Source: Verrucomicrobiota bacterium (GTDB lineage: Bacteria; Verrucomicrobiota; Verrucomicrobiia; Limisphaerales; CANJXF01). Taken from it: DNA of 32,027 bases. Each line of letters opens with the position of its first letter. Within the stretch, counting starts at the first letter, position 1. The stretch is from assembly GCA_038214755.1 (NCBI GenBank), contig JBBQRQ010000057.1:1-32027 (forward strand), in the 5' to 3' direction. Shown here one piece after another: positions 9,938-20,000 of this stretch. Under the pieces are notes generated by a model. It had not been told where the DNA came from. It did no database searches and was given only the letters and a program-made list of their open reading frames with translations. A program made the position numbers and the translations under genes.

Positions 9938-10085
9938 CCACATGCGCCAAAGGCACGTTCGGGGATTTTGCCGATTGGGGCGGAGTGCGGCTTTTTTCAC
10001 AAAGGTTATCTCAGGTTTCGCGCTCTATCCGTGGCTCGCTTTGCGATGCCGTTTTGTGGTAAAAATGTTTACCGTGGAAACGCAC

Positions 10086-10829
10086 ATGAGCAACAAACCG
10101 ATTCCCGAATCGCTCCGCGACCAACTGGCGCGGCTGGACGCAAAGCGCCAGACGTTCAGGGAACTGGGCGCCCCCGCACTGGAATCGCTTTTTGGCCGGT
10201 TGCGTATCGAACTCACTTACTCCTCGAACGCGATTGAAGGAAACACACTCTCACTGCGCGAGACGCAGCTTGTGGTGGAGGAAAAACTTGCGCCCGGACA
10301 AGGCAAGACGCTTCGCGAAATTTACGAAGCCAGAAATCATTACGCGGCGGTCAAGGAGGTAGAAATCTTTGTGGCCGAAAACCGCGACCTCAGTTCGCGT
10401 GCAATTCTTGACTTGCATCAAATCGTGATGCGCGACATTGACGCAACTTGGGGCGGGCGGCTCAGAAACGCTCCGGTGTTTATCAAAGGCTCGCGCCACA
10501 CTCCGCCCAATGCGGCGCGCGTGGGCGAGGAACTCGATGCGCTCATTTCCGGGGCAGGGCAGAGCGCGCTCCACCCGGTGCTGGTTGCTGCCGAAACGCA
10601 TTTTCGATTTGAAGCGTTGCACCCGTTCTTTGATGGCAACGGGCGGACTGGGCGATTGTTTCTAAATTGGCAACTCCTTCGTGCGGGATTTCCCCTCACG
10701 GTGATTCAAGTCGAGGAACGCGCGCGTTATCTCGATGCGCTGGATCAGGGACACACCGGAAATCTGCTCCCGCTTCAAGCGCTTGTGGCCGCCGCTGTCG
10801 AGAGGAGCCTTGATTTGGCGGCGGGCTGA
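10086..10829 (+). CDS. fic: Fic family protein, class II (N-terminal inhibitory helix)
   Basis: Catalytic HPFFDGNGRTGR and inhibitory SNAIEGN motif. ATG 10086 likely start. Confidence 0.93.
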   Translation: MSNKPIPESLRDQLARLDAKRQTFRELGAPALESLFGRLRIELTYSSNAIEGNTLSLRETQLVVEEKLAPGQGKTLREIYEARNHYAAVKEVEIFVAENRDLSSRAILDLHQIVMRDIDATWGGRLRNAPVFIKGSRHTPPNAARVGEELDALISGAGQSALHPVLVAAETHFRFEALHPFFDGNGRTGRLFLNWQLLRAGFPLTVIQVEERARYLDALDQGHTGNLLPLQALVAAAVERSLDLAAG

Positions 10830-10876
10830 CATGCACGCGGTTGACGCCTCGCTCTTTTCTCTCGATAGTTCCGACC

Positions 10877-11143
10877 ATGAAGACCGAAACATTGAACATG
10901 TCGGTGCCGGTTGAACTGGCTGAGTTCGTGCGCCAAGACATGACCGAGGGGCATTTTGCCAATGTGAACGAATACTTTCGCTCCCTCATCCGCCAGCGTC
11001 GGCAAGCGCGCATCGAGGAGGAAGTCCGCTTCCTGGAACAAGCCATGACGGGTGCGCCAGCCGAGGATGCGCCGCCCGAATTCTACGCTCGCGTTCAGGA
11101 ACTACAGAGCCAAATCCGCCGGGATAAAAAGGCCCGCCGGTGA
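10877..11143 (+). CDS. Ribbon-helix-helix antitoxin (ParD/CopG-like)
   Basis: TLNMSVPVELAEFV...GHFANVNEYFRSLIR pattern; GTGA overlap with the PIN gene. Confidence 0.85.
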   Translation: MKTETLNMSVPVELAEFVRQDMTEGHFANVNEYFRSLIRQRRQARIEEEVRFLEQAMTGAPAEDAPPEFYARVQELQSQIRRDKKARR

Positions 11144-11553
11144 GGGTCGTCTTCGACGCCAACATCGTGTTGTCCGGTGCCGGTTGGCGGAACGAATCGT
11201 ATGCGTGTTTGGTTCTGGCGGCCCGCCGGAGGGTGCATCCCTTTGGCACTTCGGAAACGCTGGGCGAACTCAAACGGATTGCCACCACGATGCACGCCGA
11301 GGGCGTCTTTCGCCGTGACCCTTGGCCAATCTTGAAGTGGTATCTTCGTCGCGTCCGGCGGGTGGAGCCTGCGCCGTTGGGCAAACAACGCAGCCGCGAT
11401 GTCAAAGATGACCCGTATCTGGCCTGCGCGTTGAGTGCGAAGGCCGCCTACCTCGTGACCAGCGATTCCGACCTGCTGGCATTGCAGAAACCTTTCGGTA
11501 TCGAAATTCTGACCCCGCGTGCCTTCCTCAATCGGGTTGCAGCAATTGTTTGA
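11140..11553 (+). CDS. PIN-domain toxin (VapC-like, PIN_3 type)
   Basis: RVVFDANIVLSG, SRDVKDDPYLACA, YLVTSDSDLL. Confidence 0.92.
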   Translation: MRVVFDANIVLSGAGWRNESYACLVLAARRRVHPFGTSETLGELKRIATTMHAEGVFRRDPWPILKWYLRRVRRVEPAPLGKQRSRDVKDDPYLACALSAKAAYLVTSDSDLLALQKPFGIEILTPRAFLNRVAAIV

Positions 11554-11791
11554 CGCAGGAAAGACGATGCGCATGGGACGGCTGCTCCTGAAATGGCAAC
11601 GGCGCCGCGCCGGGTTTCCGCTGACCGTCATTCATGTGGAGGAACGGGCGCGGTATCTGGGCGCGCCGGATCAAGGCTTGTCACGCCATAGCTCCGCAGG
11701 AGCGAAGGCGGAACACGCGGGCCAACTGCTCGATTTGCAATCCTTGGTCGCGGGCGCGGTCGAGCGCAGTCTGGATTTGGCGACGGGATAG
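11549..11791 (+). pseudogene. Degenerate fic 3' fragment (repeat copy 2)
   Basis: Translates as FD...RMGRLLLKWQRRRAGFPLTVIHVEERARYLG...AVERSLDLA. The catalytic HPF motif is lost and there is a 36-nt insertion. Confidence 0.85.
11678..11713. repeat. REP-like palindromic insertion
   Basis: TTGTCACGCCATAGCTCCGCAGGAGCGAAGGCGGAA is absent from the other two fic copies. It folds as CGCC..GCTCC-GCA-GGAGC..GGCG. Confidence 0.7.
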
Positions 11792-12026
11792 AATCGGATC
11801 GGTATGATTCACAGCATCCCCGGAGGAAGTCCGGCTGCGAGTATCCAATATCAAGAACCGACCCCTTCACCTTCACGAGATCTTCCGTTTGACCAACAGT
11901 TCAATCTACCCCGCTCCAGCCAGTGCTCGTGGCCGCCAGGCGGCCGGACAGAATGATTTTCCGAACAACGGTTTTACAACGATTCCATCCTCAGGCGCAC
12001 TGTGATAGGCTGGAGCCAGTGAACGC

Positions 12027-12752
12027 ATGAGTGCCGAAATGAAAAACCAAAAGCCCGATGAATCCGCTCCCGCGCGAGCGGCGGAGTGGGCTTGTATCCT
12101 CAAGGCTGGCGTTCAAGCCCAGCGCCTCGTGCCCGGTGCCGTTTGCGTCGGCGGCACGGCAGCGGCTTTGTATGCCGGCCACCGCGTTTCGCAAGACACC
12201 GACCACCTGTTGCCCGCTTTGCGCGATCACTTTGAAGACGTCCGCGCCCGGCTGGAAGCCCAGCCGGAATGGAAGACCGCCCGCGTCAACCCGCCCGTCC
12301 TCATTCTCGGCAGCATCGGCGGCGTTGAAGTCGGCTTCCGGCAACTCAAACGCTCGCTTCCCATTGAGACCCAGACCATGCAGACAGAAGCGGGACCGCT
12401 CGTGGTTCCCACCCTGGACGAAATGCTTGGCATGAAGGCGTTCCTCGCTTACGACCGCAACGCCACGCGCGATTACCTCGACTTTGCCGCGCTGACCGAG
12501 TGCGCCGCCCCGCCGGCCGTGCTGGATGCGCTGCTGAAACTCGACGCCCGCTACGGCGCGCTCCAAACCGCCTCCGTCGGACTGGAAGTGGCCAAGGCAC
12601 TCTGCGCCGCCGCGCCCTTCGACCTCGATGAATCCGAGTTGCCGCACTACAAAGGGCTCACCGAAAAGTGGCACCACTGGGAAACCACGCGCACGATCTG
12701 CCACCGCTTCGGCGCGCTTCTGGGCGAGGCGCTCGTTCAGGGAGGGAAATGA
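12027..12752 (+). CDS. AbiEii-like nucleotidyltransferase toxin (type IV TA-like)
   Basis: VGGTAAALYAGHRVSQDTD, MLGMKAFL, RNATRDYLDF; ATGA-coupled to the next gene. Confidence 0.85.
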   Translation: MSAEMKNQKPDESAPARAAEWACILKAGVQAQRLVPGAVCVGGTAAALYAGHRVSQDTDHLLPALRDHFEDVRARLEAQPEWKTARVNPPVLILGSIGGVEVGFRQLKRSLPIETQTMQTEAGPLVVPTLDEMLGMKAFLAYDRNATRDYLDFAALTECAAPPAVLDALLKLDARYGALQTASVGLEVAKALCAAAPFDLDESELPHYKGLTEKWHHWETTRTICHRFGALLGEALVQGGK

Positions 12753-13270
12753 TGCAACACCGCCATCTCACCACGCAACACTGGTCGGCTGCCACTGTCG
12801 ATTCCGCGCTGGAACGCGGCGGGCTGGAAGACTGGCGCGAACTCTTTACTGCCGTGCGCGCCGACTCAGCTCTGGCGGAGATGGTTCTGCGCGTGGCCCG
12901 ACAACACGCCCCAAGCGGCAGCTCGATTCTCGCCACGGCGCTCGTGGAGCGGTTGCGCCCCGGCTTCAGTGAATTGCGTGCGCCGCAACTTCAGAAAATA
13001 GGAGGGAACATGCTGAACGATTCATCTGTTGGTCACGGGCACGTTGAGAAGGCAACCCCGCCCCAGCCCGGCGGGGATTTGGCGGCGGATTTGGAATTCG
13101 CGTCGGCGAACCAACAACTCGAAGGCTTTCCCGGAAAAATCACGCCGGAGATTGCCGCGCATCGTCCGAACATGGACGAGATCGCCGCCTCGGCCCGGCG
13201 GTTTGGTGCGCAAATTCCCACCGAAGAAAACCGTCAGAAGCCGCCGCTCTTTCCTCTGCGGAGCAAGTGA
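12749..13270 (+). CDS. Putative antitoxin partner of the nucleotidyltransferase, read through in frame into a VbhA-like segment
   Basis: ATGA overlap at 12749-12752. Helical N-terminal domain (DSALERGGLEDWRELF). Internal GGAGG plus ATG at 13010. Confidence 0.6.
   Translation: MMQHRHLTTQHWSAATVDSALERGGLEDWRELFTAVRADSALAEMVLRVARQHAPSGSSILATALVERLRPGFSELRAPQLQKIGGNMLNDSSVGHGHVEKATPPQPGGDLAADLEFASANQQLEGFPGKITPEIAAHRPNMDEIAASARRFGAQIPTEENRQKPPLFPLRSK
13010..13270 (+). CDS. VbhA-like Fic antitoxin (internal start)
   Basis: RBS GGAGG at 13001, ATG 13010, FASANQQLEGF resembling the (S/T)xxxE(G/N) inhibitory motif; GTGA-coupled to the downstream fic ORF. Confidence 0.5.
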   Translation: MLNDSSVGHGHVEKATPPQPGGDLAADLEFASANQQLEGFPGKITPEIAAHRPNMDEIAASARRFGAQIPTEENRQKPPLFPLRSK

Positions 13271-13581
13271 CGTTGGCAGAACTTCCGGTTCAAAAAAAGT
13301 TCAACTCAGCTTACTTCCACACGTTCCTCGTGGCTGCGGAGACTCACTTTCGTTTTGAATCGCTCCATCCTTTCTTTGACGGCAACGGGCGCACCGGACG
13401 GCTGCTCCTGAACTGGCAACTGCTCCGCGCGGGCTTTCCGCTGACGGTGATTCAAGTCGAGGAGCGGGCGCGATATCTGGGCGCGCTGGATCAGGGACAC
13501 GCGGGCCAACTGCTCGATTTGCAATCCTTGGTCGCAGGTGCGGTCGAGCGCAGTTTGGATTTGGCGGCGGGTGGGAAGTGA
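13267..13581 (+). pseudogene. Truncated/chimeric Fic (repeat copy 3) retaining the catalytic motif
   Basis: 104 aa: unrelated 20-aa N-terminus, then LVAAETHFRFESLHPFFDGNGRTGR... closely matching 10581-10829. Confidence 0.8.
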
Positions 13582-13762
13582 AGCGGTGTCGAGGCGCGCT
13601 GGAGGAAGGCCACCGGGAATCTCCTATCGCTTGAAACGCTCGCGGCACTGGCTGTCGAGTTAAGTTTAGATTTGATTGGGAGGCGGAGTATCGACATGAA
13701 GAAAGCATCGATTCATCGAATGCCCTTTATTACAGCACGTTGGGCCTTTCGGAGAGGGAAAA

Positions 13763-14014
13763 GTGCATTCTACACGTAGTTTGAACTGCCCGAAATGTGG
13801 CTCCTCAATTCAACTTCGTGACGGCCTGTTCGCCCTCTATCGGATTTATGTAGTTCCGCCCGGTTTCATTGTTGTGTGTCCAAAGTGCGGATGCTCATTC
13901 TCGCCACAGGAGATCGCGTTGACTGGAACCAAAGGCATATCATGTGGACTAGCAACGACGACGCTGTGGGTTATCTGCCTGTTCGCTTTTCTGGTTGTGT
14001 TGTTGCGTTGGTAA
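13763..14014 (+). CDS. Small zinc-ribbon protein with C-terminal membrane helix
   Basis: GGAGAGGG before GTG; two CPKCG motifs; hydrophobic tail LWVICLFAFLVVLL. Confidence 0.7.
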   Translation: MHSTRSLNCPKCGSSIQLRDGLFALYRIYVVPPGFIVVCPKCGCSFSPQEIALTGTKGISCGLATTTLWVICLFAFLVVLLRW

Positions 14015-14046
14015 TCAGCCGATACGCCGACAACTCGAATCCATCA

Positions 14047-17000
14047 TTAACGCTCAATCTCTTCAAGGAGGCGCAACAGCGCCCTGATCCGATCCGCCAA
14101 TTCGGGATGGGTGTATAGAAACTTTCTCAAGAACTTGATTTTGCTACCTATGGAAACAGCGCAGTCGTAGAGCAATGTAACTCCAATTTCGTTCCCGAAA
14201 TTGCCTGGCCCTTCTTCAACCGGCCGTCCTGAAGCAAGCGAGAAAATCAGGTCATTAAAAAGTCCAATTGCGACGCTGGCTATGCATCTACGGGTCGCTT
14301 CGCCAATTAAACGTGCGCTGGCTGTAGATGCGCTTTGTTTACCCAGATTCACGCTGTATTCCACGAGCGCCACTAAACCAAATGCGTCGGTTCCCATGTT
14401 TGGGCTATTCAACACGTAACGATAGTTGTTGAAGTCTCCTGCCTCGAATCTAATTGGATCTTGGCTGATAAACCGCCCAAGTTGAGTCGAGTAGTAACGA
14501 GCCCGATAGAAATACAGCCCTGTCTCTCCGTCCAATTCCCGCCCGGTGAACAGAAACCGATCCACCGCACTCTGATTGCTGACACCGAGCACCTGCCCAA
14601 AGCTGCTGTAGTCCACATGAGCGACGACTGCGCCCGCCGCGTTCGCGATGTCGCGCACGGTGCCGAGATGGTCGGTGAGATACCAGCCGCGTCCGTCGCT
14701 TGCGCGCTGGCGGGCGAGCAGTTCGTCAATCCTCGCGCCGTGCAGGTAGCGGGCGATGACGGCGTTGGTGCCGTCGAGGTCGGCCCATGAATCGTCCTGG
14801 TTGTAGAGGAAGCGCGTGACCTGACCGTTCACCGTTTTGTTGAGGCGGCGGTTCATGGCGTCATACACGAACGCCACGGTTTGTGTGACCACGCCGCCGC
14901 CGTCCCGGTCGGTCACATTCACGAGCCGGTTGCGGTGGTCAAACTGGTAGGTGGTGAGCACGCCGGTCACGGTGTTCGACCGAGAGGTCATGTTCCCCTC
15001 GGCATCGTAGGCGTAGCTGTTTGTTCCGTCGGAGAGAATCTGGTTGTTCTGCCCCACCACGTAGCCGCCGCCAGATTGCGCGCCCACGCGATTGCCATTC
15101 GCGTCGTAGTGGAAGTTCTCGTTCGGCTGCGCTTGTCCTCCGGGAACACTGTTCAGCGCGTTGGTGAGTTGCCCGGTTCGGTCGTAGGCAAAGTCCGAGA
15201 GCTGATTGCCAATGGCCCAGCGCGTGATCTGGTAAGCCGCATCGAAGTTGTAATCGTAGCGGGCCAGCACGCTGTTCGTCGGGCCAAGGTGCGTGATGTT
15301 CGTGACGATGCTGGCGCGGTTGTAGGCGTTGGTCGTGCGGCCCACGCGATTCGTGCCCGCGAGATCGGCGAAACGGTCGGTGCGGAGACGGTTTCCCGCC
15401 GGGTCGTAAGCGAAGTCCACCCGCGCCGGGTCCACGCCAGAAGGTCCCGGCATCGAAGATGACCAGGTGCGGCTCGCCAGGCGATTGCGATTGTCGTAGC
15501 CCGAGCCCACGCGCACGCCCCAGTTGTCCGTCACGGACTCGACCTGCCCGAGCGCCGTGTAGGTGTAGAGGAGCGTGAAGTCCGGAACGCCCGCCGATTG
15601 CGCGAGCGTCCGCTCCAGCCGGTTCAACGCATCGTAGCTGTATTCGTAGCGCGCCGCCGGGTCCGCCGCGAGCGTCTGCACGCCGAGTTCATTGAACCCA
15701 AAAACAATCGAGCGAACGACGTTGGTGCCTTCCCACCAAAGTTCATTCGTCATCCGATTCGCGGCGTCATAGGCGAAGGTGCGCCGCCGGCCATTGCGGT
15801 CAATCGCCTCGATACGATTCCCCGCCGCATCGTATCCAAAGAAGTTCGTGTGCCCCAGCGGATCAATCTGCCGGATGAGCCGGTTACCCGCGTCATAGAT
15901 GAAAGTTGTGACGTTCGTCACCGCATCAATGACCTTCGTGCGATTGCCGTTTCCATCATATTCAAACCGAACTACGCCACCTTGGGCGTCGATGATGGCG
16001 TTCGTTCGATTCAGCACATCGTATTCATAGCGGGTGCTGCGGCCCAGCGCGTCCACGATGTTGGTTAGGAGCGGGCCGTTGTAATAAAAATAGGTATAGT
16101 TGCTCAGTGCGTCGCGCGTCCTGAGTAACTTCCCGCTGGTGTCGTAGAAAGAGAGCGATTCCGCGCCCAATTCATTGATAGTGCGAGTGGCATTTCCGAG
16201 CGAGTCGTATTCATAGAGTTTGAACGAACCGTCAGGATTAATCACTTTGGCTGGCTTGCCGCAGGTGCAACCGCCCGTGTAGTCAAACTGAGTCGTATTG
16301 CCCGCCGCGTCCGTGAGGCTGGCGACACGACCTTGACTGTCGCGCGTCACAATCGTTTTTAATCCCGCGTTGTTGACGACTTCGACCAACTTGCCCGCGC
16401 TGTCATAGCGCAAGTTCAGTGTTTGTCCCAAAGCGTTGACGACAGAGACCGGTTTGCTTTGAGCGTTGTATGCAATCGTCGTGCGATTCGAGAGAGCATC
16501 TGTAATGGTTTTAACATTTCCTCGCGCATCGTAAGTGAAATTCGTGGCAAAGCCCCGGCCATTGGTAGAGGCGAGCAAGTTGTTGTTCGCGTCATAGGCA
16601 AAATAATTCGTGGAAATTCCAACGATGGCTTTTACCAGTTCATTTCCATTCGCATCGAATTTGCTGATGTTCGTATTCCCGTTTCCGTCCGTGAACGTTG
16701 CGACGCGGGTGTTTGGATCGAAGTCTTGATTCAATTTGTGACCTTCGGCATCCGTGATGGAAAGAAGGCGTCCGGTCGCATCATATTCCATGCGCAGAGC
16801 GGAGCGGCCAAATGGATCAATGATATTGGTGAGATAATGCGCGCGTTGCGTCGAATACAGGTATTGCGTCGTATTAGTGACCGCATCGGTAAAGGAGCGG
16901 AGATTTCCGGCAGTGTCGTAAGCATAGTTGACGACGACGTTCGGGCCGGTCACTTGACGAATCCGGCCAAAGGCGTCACGGCTGAATGACACGCTTTGAT

Positions 17001-20000
17001 CAGGTGTGGTTGAACCAACCGAGTAATGGAAAATACCGTTCGCTGTGTAATCAAGGCGATTGCCGTTTAAGTCGGTGACGCGTTGCAACCCTTTATTCTG
17101 GTCGTATTCGTAAACCGTGCCGTCCCTCGTGGTTAGCTTGTAGGAATCCGGATCAAAAACTTCGTCGCCCAATCCCCCGAGGAAATCACCACCGAAGACG
17201 ACCACCTGCTTGCCGCCATTTATTTCCAACTTCTCAAAAACGCCAGCATCCGGCTTGAACTCGACATCCGCGAAGACGAAACCAAAAGCGATAACGCGGG
17301 TGGGATAGGCGGTGAAGCCAACACGGCGTCCATCAGGAGTGTTTAGATAAACGCGCGTGCCATTATAGAAGGTTCCATCGTGCAAGGTCTCTCGAATCTG
17401 CGCGCCCTGCACGCCCAACGTCCAGCCGTATCCGAAGTCACCGATGCGCTGCGCATCGCGTGTGTCATAAACGCGGGAAAGAGTGATTGGAATGCCCGCG
17501 AGCGGAACTTCGAGGTCGGTAAATTCCAATCGGAATTCGCCGAATTTCAGGTTCCCACTCACTCCGACGATGACCGGCTCATACCAGCCGGAGCCATTCA
17601 CGTCTTGGGCATACACTCGAATGACGTAAGAATCGTTTTTTAACGCGGTGGGATCAAACGTTGCCAAGGTTGCTGCGTTGATGGCGCGAGTTCCTGAAGG
17701 AAGGCTCACGTTAGTCAGGGTGATAAAGGCAGAGTTAGGCGCTCCGATGTTATTCAGGTCCACCAAATCTACCGGCGCGAAATCGACGCGGTAGGACGCG
17801 AGATCAAACACATTGGTGATCGTGGCGATAACCGGCGTAGGTGCGGTTACCGTCGCGTTATTGGTAGGAGTGAGAATTGAAACGAATACAGTATTTGTCG
17901 CACGGGGGTCACGGAATTGAATTGGCCGCGTGGCCGTGCCGATGTTATTGGCAGCGTCTGTGGCGATACCAATCACGTTGAACAATCCGGTTTGATTGAC
18001 CACGAAAGACCCGACGCCATTTGCCGCCAGCGGAATATTATTTGTGCCGATTCGCAGAGATCGGCTGGCAACACTGATGTTATCTGTGGCGTTTACTCGA
18101 ATTTTCACGGTGGAGCCTAAATCACCTGCCCATTGTCCCGAATCGAGGTTGACCAAACCTTGAATAAGATCAAGCGACACCGTGGGCGGTTGCGTGTCCG
18201 CCGCGACTTGCACCATGAAGGACTGATTCGCCGTCGCGCCAAAGCTGTCGGTCACATTGACTGTGAATGACTGCACTCCAACTTGTGTAAAGATTGGAGT
18301 CCAGGTGAGACGACCCAGGTTGTCAATGATCGCCCCGGCAGGAATGGGAGCGGTTAAAGTGTAGGTAAGAGCATCTCCGTCCGCATCGTAAGCGGTCACA
18401 TCGTATCGATAGGTGACGCCCGGCACCGCATTAGTAGGAGGGGAGGACGTAATCACCGGCGGTTGATTGGAACGGACCAAAACATTGAACCGCTGCGCAG
18501 AACTGGCGAGCGAGGGGTCTTTGGCAACCAGGATGAATTCGTTTATGCCAAGTTGCGAGAAGGTTGGAGTCCAACGAACGACCGCTTCTGCCAAGCCTGC
18601 GCTTGAAGTCGTGGGAGTAAGAGTGGCACCCGTGGGCAGCACCAACGACTGAAGAGTGAGGGCGTCCCCATCCGCATCGGTCGCGCGGAGAGTGTAGGTA
18701 TAAGGTCGATTTACCGTGGCTCCCAGAAATGGACTGGAAAGGATGACAGGCGCTTTGTTAGCCTTTGAGTTGACCACATAAAGAGAATAATTCTGCGTGT
18801 CGCTTCCACCCCGACCATCACTCACACGGACTCGAATAAATTGCGCGCCGACCTGATTCGTCGTCGGCGTCCAGCGGATGAGTCCGTTGGTTGAATTAAT
18901 CGTCATGCCGGAAGGCGCGGGGGTCGCGAAGCTCCAACTCAGTTTGTCGCCGTCCGGGTCTGTGGCGCGCGGAGCGTAGAGATATAAAGTCCCCGTATGC
19001 CCTTCGACGGGCGGGACGGAGCTAATCTGCGGCGGGCGGTTCACACAACCAACGTCGATGTTGAAACTCTGTGTAGTGCTGGCGGAAAAGATGTCTCGCG
19101 CTTCGATGATTACGTTGTTAGTTCCTAATTGATCCAGGGTTGGAATCCAAAGGACTTTGCCGCTGACAGAATCAATGGACATGCCTACAGGTCCGCTGAC
19201 TAAGTTCCACGTCACAGGGTCGCTGTCAGGGTCTATGACAAACGCGTCGTATTCGTAGGTTTGTCCATCCGTGGCATTCAATGATGGACTGGAGGTAATC
19301 AACGGCGCTGAATTGCTTAGAGTTGAAGTGACGTTGAGAATGAATTGTTGGGTGACTATTCCACTTGCACGGCCATCACTGACCGCCAAGGACACCGGGA
19401 ATTGTCCAAGGCCGCTCGGAGTCCACAAGAGGAGTTTAGAGTTGAAAGTTGAGGGTTGTGAGTTGGTCAGGCTCATTCCGGATGGACCGCTGACAAGGGA
19501 GAAGGCGAGCGGGTCGCCATCCGCGTCAGTTGCTTCGGCGAGATACATATAGGGAAAACCAATGCGTGTTTGAGTGCGCGGGCTGGTAGTAAACAGCGGC
19601 GCGTGATTGGGTGCAAAGACAACAACTTCGAGATCGAACACCTGCCGAGCCTCAGCCCCCTTGGAATCGCGCACGATGATTTCAATCCGATTAGTGCCGA
19701 TGTTTGTCAGAGCGGGAGTCCAGTCGAGAACGGCGGAATTGAGAGTTGAAGGTTGAGAGTTGAGCGACATTCCCGCTGGTGCGTTTGAGCCAAGAGAGAA
19801 CGTGAGGGTTTGACCCTCCGCGTCTTGAGCGCGAACAATGTAGCGATAGGGCAAGTTCGTCACGGCAGGGTTGGGCGGGAAGGACGTGATAATCGGAGGA
19901 GAATTCGGTGCGATGACGGTGATTCGGAACGATTGCAGCGCAACGCCTCCACGCCCGTCCTGAACCCGCAATATTACATCTTGAGCACCAAGTTGTATGA

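Noticed and set aside
11792..12026. Gene remnant between fic copy 2 and the NTase
   Set aside because: Only short featureless frames; cannot be supported.
11991..12704. 237-aa minus-strand ORF
   Set aside because: Antisense to the motif-bearing nucleotidyltransferase.
10581..13581. CRISPR, integron attC or DGR interpretation of the repeats
   Set aside because: The repeats are fic coding sequence, irregularly spaced, and there is no cas, integrase or reverse transcriptase gene in the window.
15125..15470. Possible REP remnants in the RHS core (GCTTGTCCTCCG; CATC-GAA-GATG)
   Set aside because: Too short to distinguish from chance without an ortholog alignment.
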